A stretch of DNA of 64,000 nucleotides from Rhodothermales bacterium. Lineage in GTDB: Bacteria; Bacteroidota; Rhodothermia; Rhodothermales; JANQRZ01. The notes beneath the pieces were generated by a model. It was not told the origin of the DNA. It worked only from the letters and a program-made list of their open reading frames with translations, and ran no database searches. Below, in pieces: positions 1-10,095 of this stretch (position 1 is the stretch's first letter; each line of letters begins with the position of its first letter). The stretch spans positions 246,227-310,226 of the forward strand of contig CBDCBW010000015.1 of the NCBI GenBank assembly GCA_965214485.1, given 5' to 3'. A program made the translations under genes and the position numbers.

Positions 1-147
1 CGCAAAATCAGCCATGAAAAATCAGCCGTGAAAAGGGGTCGAGTGCAACCCGGCGGTTGGCCGCGCGGCCGGTCCTGCAAGGCGACGGGTGCAGTCTAGG
101 CGAGCCGAGGGCGGTCGGCGAAGGCTAGAGAGCGAAGAGGCGGGCGC

Positions 148-465
148 TCAGGAGTCGGTGGGCCGCTGCTGCACCTCGCTTATCAGCGAGTTGGCGTCGC
201 GGAGGATGCGCTCGGCCTGCTCGCGGGCATCGGCGATGAGGGCGGCACCGGTCTCGCGCGCGACGCTCTGCACCTCGTCCGACCCGAGTTGGTCCACGAG
301 CGCAGCAACCTGCCGGGACCACCGGTCGAGGAGGTAGGCGAGGCGGCGGCGCGCCGTTCGGCCTTCGTTCGGGGCGACGATCAGGCCGAGGCCGAAGCCG
401 GCAAGCCCGCCGACGAGGCCCCCGAGCATCGAAGCGCGGACGAGGTTGCCGGTGGAAGCACGCAT
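148..465 (-). CDS. YtxH domain-containing protein
   Basis: N-terminal Gly-rich TM segment GLAGFGLGLIVAPNEG..R followed by a helical tail, typical of YtxH. Confidence 0.75.
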   Translation of the reverse strand: MRASTGNLVRASMLGGLVGGLAGFGLGLIVAPNEGRTARRRLAYLLDRWSRQVAALVDQLGSDEVQSVARETGAALIADAREQAERILRDANSLISEVQQRPTDS

Positions 466-763
466 GGGGGAGAGAGGCGAGAGGATCGGATGACCGCGTA
501 TCAGAGTACGCCGAGCGAAGATACGCTAGCACCTGCTTGGCAGAGAAGGGTCTGCTCGGCGGAGAACCCCTGATCGGCGCTCGCTTTTAGGAGAAACACT
601 CCGAAGAGAAACGCTCCGAGGAGAAACACAGAGAAGCCGCGCCCGGTCGACCGGATGCAGCTTCTTCGTGTCGAAGGAGTCCGTACTAAAGGTCCGCCGC
701 GCTGAACGCCCCCGCTCCGAAGCCATGCCGACGCAGGGCATTCGCAAAGGCCATCCGCGAAGG

Positions 764-859
764 CTAGCGGCTCTTCTTCTTGTGACGGTTCTTGCGAAGC
801 CGCTTCTTCCGCTTGTGGGTGGCAATTTTGTGACGCTTGCGCTTACGGCCGCACGGCAT
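764..859 (-). CDS. Small basic AURKAIP1/COX24-domain protein (ribosomal bS22-like), 31 aa
   Basis: MPCGRKRKRHKIATHKRKKRLRKNRHKKKSR; ATG at 859; GTATCTT promoter motif at 895-901. Confidence 0.85.
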   Translation of the reverse strand: MPCGRKRKRHKIATHKRKKRLRKNRHKKKSR

Positions 860-1367
860 AGATTCGGGGGTCAGGGATAGAACAGAAGCTTGGTAAGATA
901 CGCAGCCGCACGAGCCGGAGCAACAGCCACCGCGCCCGCTTCCCACGGGCCAGCCAGCCTCTCGGTTCTTAGCACCCCTGCGATTAACTCCCTCTTCACG
1001 TCCCCCGCGTTGCGACAAGGCACTTTAGTGCCTCAGCAGGAGGTCTGAGTGCCTCAGCAGGAGGTCTGCTGCTTTCTGAACTGGAGACACCTCATGCGGA
1101 GCGAGCGCGAGGGAATGGGAGGAGTGGAGGGAATGGGAGGAAGGGAGGGAAGGGAGACGGCCCCCCCGTCCCTCCCTGCCCTTCACCCTTGCCTTCCACG
1201 CCGTCCCGAATCGCAGAAGACCCCTTGATCCTGCATTAGGGCATCCCAGCGTGCCCGACACCCATCTGTACAACGCCGTGCACGATAGCACACACCGGCA
1301 CGGGAGCATCGTCCGAGGAAGCCGATGCCCGGCCCTCCTGGCTTGGTGCTGCACAGGGGGCCAGGTT

Positions 1368-1382
1368 TGGCACAGCCGTTGT
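1368..1382 (+). promoter_or_regulatory. Candidate sigma-54 (-24/-12) promoter
   Basis: TGGCAC-AGCCG-TTGT vs consensus TGGCAC-N5-TTGC. Confidence 0.5.
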
Positions 1383-1393
1383 GAAGTTCAGCA

Positions 1394-1536
1394 ATAGAAG
1401 CTTCGGAGATGCCTCCACTAACCGAAGCTTGCTCGAGCGAAGGTGCATCCAGTGCACGACGCACTGCGCACCACGGATGCTAGCCTCCGCGCCGGGCGGA
1501 CACGTTTGGGTGAGCGTGTTCGCCCGGCTTTTTTTT
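1394..1536 (+). ncRNA. Candidate structured sRNA
   Basis: Lies between the sigma-54-like promoter and an intrinsic terminator; stems 1398-1406/1422-1430 and 1445-1450/1475-1480; no credible ORF. Confidence 0.4.
1490..1536 (+). terminator. Rho-independent terminator
   Basis: GCCGGGCGGACACG / CGTGTTCGCCCGGC stem followed by a T run. Confidence 0.75.
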
Positions 1537-1747
1537 GCCCTGTCCCGCCGCTGACGACAGCGTATGTTGGAAGCGTCCGCCTGACGGAAGGCTTTCTCAC
1601 GGAAGCCTTTGTTCTCGCCCCCCGGGAAACGGTGCAGGATCGCAGGCCGCGAGTGGCTGCGAAGCCGACAGCCCCGGAACCGCGTTGCGTGGCCGGCTCG
1701 GAGCCGGTGGCAGCCTGTACCCCTTCGTACCACACAGCCTCTGAGTT

Positions 1748-2314
1748 ATGCACCGGCGCACCCTGTTCGGTCTCTGCCTCGTCAGCCTCGCCCTGCCGAG
1801 CTGCGCGCCCTCCGTCTCGCCGCTCTACCGCGACTACGACGTGGTGCCCGAGGCTCTCGCTGCCGAGGCTCTCGCTGCCGAGGCTCTCGCTGCCGAGCGA
1901 GCGGAGCAGGTCACAGACACGCAAGCCTCGGCCGCCCGTGGCTCGGACGCCCGCGACTCCGCCACCCGTGAAGTGTACGTCCGTCTGCGCGCCGCGCTCG
2001 CCGAGGCTGGGTGGACCGAGGCCCTCGCCGCCGCCCCAAACGCCGTCTCGACTGAGGCGCGCCAGTTCGGCACGTGGGGGCTCTGGCGCGTGCTGGTCTC
2101 GCTCGACGCGGTGCCCGTCGGCGACCGGCACGTCCGGGTGCTGTTCCACCCAGTCCGGCGGTACGTCACCGGCGGGCGCTCCAAGATTCCGTACCTCGGC
2201 AGCGGGCTGCGGCGGGCGCTGCTGCCGGAGCTGAACGAGGCCCTGGAGGCACATGGCTTCGTCCCCATCGGCACGCCGCGCGAGCGCGACGAGGAGCAGA
2301 CCGAAGGAACCTGA
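1748..2314 (+). CDS. Hypothetical lipoprotein
   Basis: Signal peptide with lipobox LPSC; internal 15-bp tandem repeat (EALAA x3). Confidence 0.7.
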   Translation: MHRRTLFGLCLVSLALPSCAPSVSPLYRDYDVVPEALAAEALAAEALAAERAEQVTDTQASAARGSDARDSATREVYVRLRAALAEAGWTEALAAAPNAVSTEARQFGTWGLWRVLVSLDAVPVGDRHVRVLFHPVRRYVTGGRSKIPYLGSGLRRALLPELNEALEAHGFVPIGTPRERDEEQTEGT

Positions 2315-2400
2315 GCTCCGGTCTCCAGTTGGATCGATGCTCACCGCCGAACGCAGGCTGCTTGGCCAGGACCGGGGCGGTGACTGTTCTTTGCACAACT

Positions 2401-2784
2401 GGGGATGTTTTGGATTCGACGGAGCGATCGTGCGGCAGGTTGCGTGCCGGGTGGTTCTCAGTACGCCCGTAACCCACGCTGAGAAACCTGATAACTGCGA
2501 ACGATTACTCGTACGCGATGGCGGCTTAAAGCCCCCATCTGTCTCCTGATTGGCCCGCTTATCGGCCTTTCCTGAGGCATCGACTCAGATAAGCTAGCCG
2601 CCTAGGCTCCGGCTGAGCCGAAGCGGCAAAAAGGGGCGAAAGCTCCACATCAGCCTGCGCTCCTGCGGAAGCCCTGTTCGTGGGCTGGGCCGCCGGGGCA
2701 AAGACTCCAATACGCGGACTACGCATGTAGACGCCTGGACTGTAGCTCGCTTCGGACCCGGGTTCGACCCCCGGCATCTCCACC
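2401..2784 (+). ncRNA. ssrA: tmRNA; tag peptide ANDYSYAMAA encoded at 2497-2529
   Basis: 5' GGGGATGTTTTGGATTCGAC; 3' GGTTCGACCCCCGGCATCTCCACC tRNA-like end; internal tag reading frame ending AA-stop. Confidence 0.97.
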
Positions 2785-2791
2785 TGATCGT

Positions 2792-2836
2792 CAGGACGAA
2801 ACCTCAATGCTTTCGCTTTGCATTGGGGTTTTCGTC
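2792..2836 (+). terminator. Hairpin/terminator after ssrA
   Basis: GACGAAACCTCAATGC ... GCATTGGGGTTTTCGTC inverted repeat. Confidence 0.6.
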
Positions 2837-3129
2837 TGTCCCGGCAGCACGCGAGGAGCCGGCCGAGATCCCCAGCCCGTCAAGGTTTAGAGATAGCCTC
2901 GCTCGGAATTGCAGCGTCCGATGGGGCTTTTCAGGTACGCCGGTCCCCTGCAACAAATAGGAAAACGCAGGGTTTGACTCGCACCTTGACCGCACCTCAG
3001 CGCTTTATCCCCTCTCTCTTACTGCGCAAAAGAGGTACGCTCGGCAACCTTGCCGCTTCTATCTTTTCCTTCGTGCCGGGCATCTGCTGATGCCTTGCTT
3101 CTGCCCACTCACCCCTCCCAGGTACAGCC

Positions 3130-3396
3130 ATGATTACCCTCCTCATCATCATTGTCGTTGGTGGCCTGATCGGCTGGGTTGCCAGCAAAGTCATGGGCAC
3201 CGACGCGCAGCAAGGCGTCCTGCTCAACGTCGTCGTCGGCATCGTAGGGGCCTTGCTGGCAGGTTTTCTGCTCTCGCCCCTGCTCGGTGTCGAGAGCATT
3301 TTGGACGATCCGCTGAGCATCCCTGCCATCCTCGTTTCGCTCGTCGGGGCCATCGTGTTACTGTGGATCGTCAAGATGGTCCGCCGGACTACCTGA
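3130..3396 (+). CDS. GlsB/YeaQ/YmgE family (transglycosylase-associated) membrane protein
   Basis: IVVGGLIGWVAS...NVVVGIVGA...SLVGAIVLL pattern. Confidence 0.9.
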   Translation: MITLLIIIVVGGLIGWVASKVMGTDAQQGVLLNVVVGIVGALLAGFLLSPLLGVESILDDPLSIPAILVSLVGAIVLLWIVKMVRRTT

Positions 3397-3421
3397 GTGC
3401 CCATTTCGCCGCTGCGGTTCC

Positions 3422-3664
3422 GTGAACGTCCTGCTTTTCCTCCTCGTCGGTTTGCTCGCAGGGATTGCTGCTGAGAAAGCGACGAAGACTTCGATGGGGC
3501 CTCCCGCAAACCTGATCGTCGGCGTTCTTGGTGCTATCCTTGGTGGGTTTCTGTTTGGGCTGCTCGGCCTCGCCGCGCGTGGCCTGCTCGGAAGCCTCAT
3601 CGCGGCCACGGTGGGAGCGCTCCTGCTCCTCTTCCTCGTCGGCCTCGTTTACCGAAAGACCTGA
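3422..3664 (+). CDS. GlsB/YeaQ/YmgE family membrane protein (second copy)
   Basis: LVGLLAG...NLIVGVLGAILGGFLF...AATVGALLLL. Confidence 0.88.
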   Translation: MNVLLFLLVGLLAGIAAEKATKTSMGPPANLIVGVLGAILGGFLFGLLGLAARGLLGSLIAATVGALLLLFLVGLVYRKT

Positions 3665-3742
3665 TTCACGTTGTTAAACCAACAACACCCGTTGGACCGG
3701 AGACCCCGGCCCTTTATCCCCCAGAACCATCCCCTAGTCCCC

Positions 3743-4426
3743 ATGAAACGCTTTCCCCTGTTCACCCTCTGCTCCCTCGTCCTGCTTCTGGCAGCGTGCG
3801 AAGTGGAGACCACCGAAGAGCCGGTCGGCACGATGGACGCCGACATCGAGACCTACCGCGCCGACGTCAATGTTCGCACCGCCGAACTTGACAACGCCAT
3901 TGCAGAACTCGAAGCGAAGGCGGCCAACGCCGACGAAGAGATGCGCGAGGAGTACAACGAGATGATCGGAGAGCTCCGCGAGGAGCGCATGGAGATCGAC
4001 AACGACCTCAACGCCATGCAGGCCGAGACCGCTGAGGAGTTCGACGAGATGAGGACCGAGATGGACGACAGGATTTACGTCCTCGACCGCGACCTCAACC
4101 GCGCCCAGATCGAGATGGCCGAGGATGCAGATGAGCTTCGCATGGCAGCCAACCGTCAGTTCGAGTCGATCGACCGCGAGATGGACCGCCTCGGCAACGA
4201 GGTCGGCGAGGAGTCCCGCGAGGCGATGGCGGACCTCGAGGCGCAGCGCGAAGCGCTGTCGGCTGACCTCGACCGCCTCGGCGACGCCTCGGCCGAGGAG
4301 TTCGGCGAGATGAAGCGCGGCATCGCCGACGGCTTCGACCGCCTCGGCGAGTCGATGGGCAACATCCGCGTGCCGACGGACGTCGACGTGGACATGGACA
4401 TGGACACCGAGCCGATCGACGGCTAG
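3743..4426 (+). CDS. Acidic coiled-coil lipoprotein
   Basis: MKRFPLF...LLLAAC lipobox; helical D/E-rich repeats. Confidence 0.8.
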   Translation: MKRFPLFTLCSLVLLLAACEVETTEEPVGTMDADIETYRADVNVRTAELDNAIAELEAKAANADEEMREEYNEMIGELREERMEIDNDLNAMQAETAEEFDEMRTEMDDRIYVLDRDLNRAQIEMAEDADELRMAANRQFESIDREMDRLGNEVGEESREAMADLEAQREALSADLDRLGDASAEEFGEMKRGIADGFDRLGESMGNIRVPTDVDVDMDMDTEPIDG

Positions 4427-4451
4427 GCGTCCCCTCCCCGACGGAACTAAC

Positions 4452-4485
4452 GAAGGGCCGGAGAGCATCCTCTCCGGCCCTTTTT
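4452..4485 (+). terminator. Rho-independent terminator
   Basis: AAGGGCCGGAGAG / CTCTCCGGCCCTTTTT. Confidence 0.75.
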
Positions 4486-4493
4486 ACGGTACT

Positions 4494-5075
4494 ATGCTTC
4501 TCCACACCCGCCTGACGCTCGGCCTCTGCTCCCTCCTGCTCGCCTGTGGAACCGCGCCTGCGAGCGCGCAGCCGGTCCGGCTCCCCGACCGAGGAGCCGA
4601 GGTGCCGTTCTTCGACGTGGCGGAGCTCGAGCGCGGTGTGCTGCGCGAGGTCAACCGGGTTCGGCGCGAGCAGCGCCGCGCGCCGCTGCTCGCGGACACG
4701 AGCCTCGCCGCCGTCGCGCGCGCGCACAGCCACGCCATGCTCCACCGCCGCTTCTTCGCCCACCGCGACCCGCACGGGCGGCGCGTCGGAGACCGCGCCC
4801 GGCAGGCGGGCTACGCCTTCGAGCGCCTCGGCGAAAACCTCTTCCGGGGGAGGCTCTACGACACCGTCACCACGACCCGGCGCGGCGACGAAGTCCGCAC
4901 GTCGTATTTCTGGTACACGCCCGGCGAGCTAGCCGCGCTGGCCGTCGAGCGCTGGATGGAGAGCCCCGGGCACCGGGAGAACATGCTCTCCGCCGGGTAC
5001 GCCTTCGGCGGCGTCGGCCTCGCCGTTGGGCCGGAGTTCGAGGTGCTGCTCACGCTCAACCTTAGCGCACGCTGA
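4494..5075 (+). CDS. CAP (SCP) domain protein
   Basis: VNRVR, ARAHS..M, FFAH, GENL and WMESPGHRENML motifs. Confidence 0.92.
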   Translation: MLLHTRLTLGLCSLLLACGTAPASAQPVRLPDRGAEVPFFDVAELERGVLREVNRVRREQRRAPLLADTSLAAVARAHSHAMLHRRFFAHRDPHGRRVGDRARQAGYAFERLGENLFRGRLYDTVTTTRRGDEVRTSYFWYTPGELAALAVERWMESPGHRENMLSAGYAFGGVGLAVGPEFEVLLTLNLSAR

Positions 5076-5270
5076 AAGCGCACGGGCGCTGAACGGGAAG
5101 AGGCTGCTGCGCTGGAGCGAGTCTCCAGACGTCAGCTCCCCCCTCCCATTCCCCCCACGCCAAACCACCACACCGTAACCGGATTCTGTATGAGGCCCGT
5201 TTGTGAGGTTGCCGTTCAACGTTACGGTCGGGCTGAAAGCGGCTACGGGCGCTGTTAAACGGAGGCGGTA

Positions 5271-6686
5271 TTAGCCTTCGTTGACTAGGCGGACGCCTTC
5301 GGCGACGAGGGCGTCGGCGCGGTCCTGCGAGGACGCCTCGGCGTAGACGCGGAGCACCGGCTCGGTGCCCGACGGGCGGAACATGAGCCAGCCGTCGCCG
5401 AGGCGGAACTTGAACCCGTCGAGGGTCTCGACGCGCTCGACGGCCTCGCCCGCGACCGCGTTCGGGCGGCGGTTCTCCAGCATGTCGAGGAACGCCTCCT
5501 TCCGGGCCTGCGAGGTGTGGAGGTCGTTCCGGGCGAAGTAGAGCGGCCCGAATTCGTCCTGGATTTCGTCGACGAGTTCGGAAAGCGTCCGCTTGCGCGC
5601 CATCATCATCTCGACGATCGTCAGCCCGATGAAGACCCCGTCGCGCTCGGGGATGTGGCCCTTGACGGCGATCCCGCCGGACTCCTCGCCGCCGACGAGC
5701 ACGTCCCCTTCGATGATCCTCGGTGCGACGTACTTGAACCCGATCTTCATCACCTCGACCGGGAGGCCGTAGGCCTCGCCGATGCGGTCGAGCATGTCTG
5801 TTGTCGAGAACGTGCGGACGATCGTGCCGGTCATCCCCTTCTCCTGCGAGAGGTACTTGGCGAGGAGCGAGAGGATTTTGTGCGAGTCCACAAAGCGCCC
5901 CTCCTCGTCCATCATCCCGATGCGGTCGGCGTCGCCGTCGAAGGCGAGGCCGACGTCGCAGCCCTCTTCGCGGATCACGCGCGAGAGGTAGTGGAGGTTT
6001 TTCTCCATCGGCTCGGGCGGCTGCCCGTGCATCCCGGGGTTGAACTCGTCGTGGACCTCGACGACGTTCTCGCGCCCGAGCAGGTCGGTGACGGTCCCCT
6101 GCCCCGCGCCGTACATCGGGTCGCAGCCGACCTTGAGGCCGGAGGCGCGGATGCCGTCGATGTCGAGCTTGTCCTTGAGGACGTAGCGGTAGGCCTCGCG
6201 GAGGTTGATCCTCTCGACCTGCGCGCCGAGGTCGCCGAGCGGCCGGAGCTCGAAGCCGTCCTCGAGCCGGCCGAGCTCGGCCTCGACCTCGGCGATCATC
6301 GCCGAGTCGGCGGGGGCCCCGAAGTGGGACTTGATCTTGAAGCCGCTGTAGCGCGGCGGGTTGTGGCTGGCCGTGATCACGACCCCGGCGGTGTGCCCGT
6401 ACTCTCGGGTCGCCCAGCTCACGGCGGGCGTCGTCACGAACGAGTCGGCGAGCTGAACGCGGATGCCGAGCGAGGCGAGGACGCGGGCGGTGAACTCGGC
6501 GAAGGCGTCCCCTTGGAAGCGCGCGTCGTAGCCGACGACCGCCGAGGGGGTGCCGTCGCCGATGCCGCTGGCGATGCGCTTGATCCACTGGCCGGTGGCG
6601 CGGGCCACGCGTTCGAGGTTGTCGAAGGTGTAGTCTTCCGCAATGACGGCGCGCCAGCCGTCGGTGCCGAACTTGATGGGGGTCAT
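5271..6686 (-). CDS. Phosphoglucomutase/phosphomannomutase family protein
   Basis: IKFGTDGWR, TASHNP, DGDADR, GEESG and RPSGTEP motifs. Confidence 0.96.
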   Translation of the reverse strand: MTPIKFGTDGWRAVIAEDYTFDNLERVARATGQWIKRIASGIGDGTPSAVVGYDARFQGDAFAEFTARVLASLGIRVQLADSFVTTPAVSWATREYGHTAGVVITASHNPPRYSGFKIKSHFGAPADSAMIAEVEAELGRLEDGFELRPLGDLGAQVERINLREAYRYVLKDKLDIDGIRASGLKVGCDPMYGAGQGTVTDLLGRENVVEVHDEFNPGMHGQPPEPMEKNLHYLSRVIREEGCDVGLAFDGDADRIGMMDEEGRFVDSHKILSLLAKYLSQEKGMTGTIVRTFSTTDMLDRIGEAYGLPVEVMKIGFKYVAPRIIEGDVLVGGEESGGIAVKGHIPERDGVFIGLTIVEMMMARKRTLSELVDEIQDEFGPLYFARNDLHTSQARKEAFLDMLENRRPNAVAGEAVERVETLDGFKFRLGDGWLMFRPSGTEPVLRVYAEASSQDRADALVAEGVRLVNEG

Positions 6687-6823
6687 GGGGAGGGGGAGTG
6701 CCGTGGGTGATGGAAGAGGCTCAAAAGATACGCTGCCGAGCCGAAGCGTCCCGTACCCGGCCTCCCGATTCTACGCGAACAGCCCCACGCCGCCGTGTGT
6801 CCGGCTGCACCCTCCGGCCCGCG

Positions 6824-8621
6824 CGGTTCATCCCCACGCGTGTGGGGAAAGGTGCGACAACATGCTCGCTAGCTTCGACCGCTACGGTTCATCCCCACGC
6901 GTGTGGGGAAAGGGACGTTCCGGCCCCGCGCTTATCGACGACGACCGGTTCATCCCCACGCGTGTGGGGAAAGGTCCGGGTCGTAGTCGATCCCGGCCCG
7001 GCTCTCCGGTTCATCCCCACGCGTGTGGGGAAAGGATCTGTACCGCCGCGTCGCTCGGCCCATCCTTCGGTTCATCCCCACGCGTGTGGGGAAAGGACCG
7101 TGCGGCCGGCGCGCCTCGGCCAGATGAGCGGTTCATCCCCACGCGTGTGGGGAAAGGTGTCCCCTCGCCATGTCCTCATGCCGCGTCCTCGGTTCATCCC
7201 CACGCGTGTGGGGAAAGGTTGCGCGGCTTCGCTGTCCGTCCGGTCCACCGCGGTTCATCCCCACGCGTGTGGGGAAAGGGCGGGGAACTGGAATTGGCAC
7301 TGCGGCATGGCCGGTTCATCCCCACGCGTGTGGGGAAAGGGCATAACCCGCCGCTGGAGCCGACACAGGGCTCGGTTCATCCCCACGCGTGTGGGGAAAG
7401 GAAGGGCTACGGGAGGTTGGGCTTCTTGCGCGCCGGTTCATCCCCACGCGTGTGGGGAAAGGCAGGCGGCCAAGCAGGGTCGGACGCAGGGATACGGTTC
7501 ATCCCCACGCGTGTGGGGAAAGGTCCACGCTATGAGCGTTCTCAACCATCCTGGCCGGTTCATCCCCACGCGTGTGGGGAAAGGTCGGATGTCAACCTCA
7601 CCGTGATCGCGCAAAGCGGTTCATCCCCACGCGTGTGGGGAAAGGTACGACACCGGGCGAAACCACGACGCCATCGACGGTTCATCCCCACGCGTGTGGG
7701 GAAAGGCTGCACGCCGCTGGACCCCGAACCCTTGACGCCGGTTCATCCCCACGCGTGTGGGGAAAGGAGGGCCTCGGCGATGAAGTGGGCGTCCTCGTGC
7801 GGTTCATCCCCACGCGTGTGGGGAAAGGAGCGTCGTAGGTCTTGTCGTACCTCTTTACCCAGGTTCATCCCCACGCGTGTGGGGAAAGGGCGCGGATCGC
7901 GGGCACCGTCGAGCGTGTGCCCGGTTCATCCCCACGCGTGTGGGGAAAGGTCGTTGAACGCTGACGTGCGGTTCTCGTGCTGCGGTTCATCCCCACGCGT
8001 GTGGGGAAAGGAAACCCGTTCAAGATCGGCGAGAGGGCCTCCTCGGTTCATCCCCACGCGTGTGGGGAAAGGCGCCGCCCGTGGATGTACGCCTCGGCCT
8101 TGCGCGGTTCATCCCCACGCGTGTGGGGAAAGGGTCGCCACGCGTACCGTAAGGGCGAGCACGGTCGGTTCATCCCCACGCGTGTGGGGAAAGGTCCTTG
8201 TGCGTGACGGGGTGCAGCGCGTCCACCGGTTCATCCCCACGCGTGTGGGGAAAGGAAGCGGAAGATCGTAGGGGCCTACACCGATGTCGGTTCATCCCCA
8301 CGCGTGTGGGGAAAGGATCCGAGCCTCGATGCGTGCGATGTGCGGTCCCGGTTCATCCCCACGCGTGTGGGGAAAGGTTTGTCCACTCGCGCCTGCACAA
8401 GTTCTACCCCGGTTCATCCCCACGCGTGTGGGGAAAGGGAGGGTCAGAAAGCCCGGCGAGCCGGTAATGGCGGTTCATCCCCACGCGTGTGGGGAAAGGG
8501 GAGGCATGATCCGACTCCGACACCTGGAGCGCGGTTCATCCCCACGCGTGTGGGGAAAGGCACGCCGACAGCACGCTCTACGGTCTCATCTACGGTTCAT
8601 CCCCACGCGTGTGGGGAAAGG
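6824..8621 (-). CRISPR. Type I-E CRISPR array 1: 30 repeats (CCTTTCCCCACACGCGTGGGGATGAACCG on minus strand), 29 spacers of 32 bp
   Basis: Exact 61-bp periodicity from 6824 to 8593; orientation from the ATGAACCG 5' handle and the leader next to cas6e. Confidence 0.99.
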
Positions 8622-8715
8622 ACTAAAAGCTACGCCAGAAACGCAGCATTTCAAAGAACAGACCGCTTTAAGGGGGACGCTCCCCTTCGCCTATCTGGAC
8701 GCCAAATGTCCCGCT
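8622..8715 (-). promoter_or_regulatory. Leader of array 1, containing an operator-like motif at 8695-8713
   Basis: Shares TGTTCyTTGA (-39) and TTTTAGT (-7) with the array-2 leader at identical spacing. Confidence 0.8.
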
Positions 8716-9384
8716 TTAGGCCGCTCGCGCCAGCGAGAGCAGCCCGAAGCCGAACGCCTTCGCCGGTCCGATCCCGCTGCGGACGGCATGGAGCAGCTTC
8801 TCAGGGTCTGCGACCGTCAGCACCCCGTCGAAGCGGACGCCGAAGAGGGGGAGCTCGCGCTTCTCGTACTCGCCCTTCTTCCGGCGGCGCGGCGCGAGGC
8901 GAAACGGTGCGTCTCGTGCGTCGAGTACGGCGAACCCGCACCGCTCGGCCTGCCGGTCTAGCCACTCGAAATAGGTCGGGTGCCCGGCGGCGTTGGGGGC
9001 GGCGTGGACGAGTGGGACGCGGCGACCGTTCTTCCTCCCCGGCGGCGTCTTGCACACCGTCGGGTTGGCGATGACCCGGAAGCGGAGGCGCTGGCCCTCA
9101 CTGAAGGCGGGGTCGAACGATTTGGGGCCGTCGAGTTGGAGTGCGTAGTCCCCCATCGCCTCGACGAATTCCCAATCCGGCCGCGTTGTCGAGGTCTGCA
9201 CGAGCACGGGGACGCCCTCGCCGCGCGCTTCGTCGGCCGGTTCGATGCGGAAGAGGAGGCGGTTCGCATCCGGCTCGCCGTCGGGGAAGGCGCGTTTCAG
9301 CGTCCGGTGAAGCTCGTAGGGCGTGGCGAGGTCGCGCCGTGCCTCCGGGTTCGCGGGGTTCAGCAACAGTCGGGTGAGGTACAT
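8716..9384 (-). CDS. cas6e: Cas6e (CasE/Cse3)
   Basis: MYLTRL, YELHR, LLFRIE, LRFRVIANP, GIGPAKAFGFGLLSL. Confidence 0.96.
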   Translation of the reverse strand: MYLTRLLLNPANPEARRDLATPYELHRTLKRAFPDGEPDANRLLFRIEPADEARGEGVPVLVQTSTTRPDWEFVEAMGDYALQLDGPKSFDPAFSEGQRLRFRVIANPTVCKTPPGRKNGRRVPLVHAAPNAAGHPTYFEWLDRQAERCGFAVLDARDAPFRLAPRRRKKGEYEKRELPLFGVRFDGVLTVADPEKLLHAVRSGIGPAKAFGFGLLSLARAA

Positions 9385-9387
9385 ACG

Positions 9388-10095
9388 TCAGGCGTCGATC
9401 AGAGGGAGATGTACGGTGACGACGGGCCGGGGCTGGAAACGACGGGCGGCGAAGTCGAGCGGGTCGTCGGCCGCGACGAGCTCATCCCGCCGATCCACGG
9501 TTCCATCCGGGAGCGCCGCGTCGGCGTCGAGCACAAAGCGGTAGCGGCCGTCGCGGGGTCGGTCGTGCCGGTTTCTACCGAGCGGCAGATCGGCGCGGCG
9601 CAGCGCGTCGGCGAGCGAAAACGGGACGACGGCGAGCGCGAGCGGGTGCGCGGGCGGGAATGCCTTCCGCCCGAGGAAGAGCGGCCAACGCGGGCGCAGG
9701 AGGGCACGGCGAATCTGCTCTAGCCGGTCGAGTCCGTCCGCCCTGTCCGTTTCCAGCCCGGCGGTGAAACAGGCGTCGGCGAGGTAGTAGCGGTCGGAGA
9801 CGATGACGTCGCCGCGCTCGACCTTCCCGCTCGCGCGGTAGAACCCCTCGCGGCCCGCCGTCTGGAAATCGCGGCGGACGCGGCCGGCCCGGTCCACGCG
9901 CACGCCGAAGCGGAGCGCAGCGAGGTCCGTGATGTCGGCTTCGCGCGGGCGACCGAGCGCGGCGGCGACGAGGCCGAGCACGCCGCTCTTCGTCGGCGTC
10001 GTGCGAGTCTCGCGGATGCCGAACTTGCTGTCGGTGCCCCACGCTTGCATCGGCCCGTCGAGCCGGAGGAGGAGCGTGTGGACGGGCTCAGGCAT
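9388..10095 (-). CDS. cas5e: Cas5e (CasD)
   Basis: LLLRLDGPMQAWG, PTKSGVLGLVAAALG, DFQT, RYYLADA, LFLGRK. Confidence 0.96.
   Translation of the reverse strand: MPEPVHTLLLRLDGPMQAWGTDSKFGIRETRTTPTKSGVLGLVAAALGRPREADITDLAALRFGVRVDRAGRVRRDFQTAGREGFYRASGKVERGDVIVSDRYYLADACFTAGLETDRADGLDRLEQIRRALLRPRWPLFLGRKAFPPAHPLALAVVPFSLADALRRADLPLGRNRHDRPRDGRYRFVLDADAALPDGTVDRRDELVAADDPLDFAARRFQPRPVVTVHLPLIDA

Noticed and set aside
2785-3120. Island integrated at the tmRNA 3' end
   Set aside because: No integrase or duplicated ssrA end was found downstream.
6643-8961. Long ORFs across array 1, and the N-terminal extension of the cas1 ORF across array 2
   Set aside because: These are translations of CRISPR repeats, not genes.
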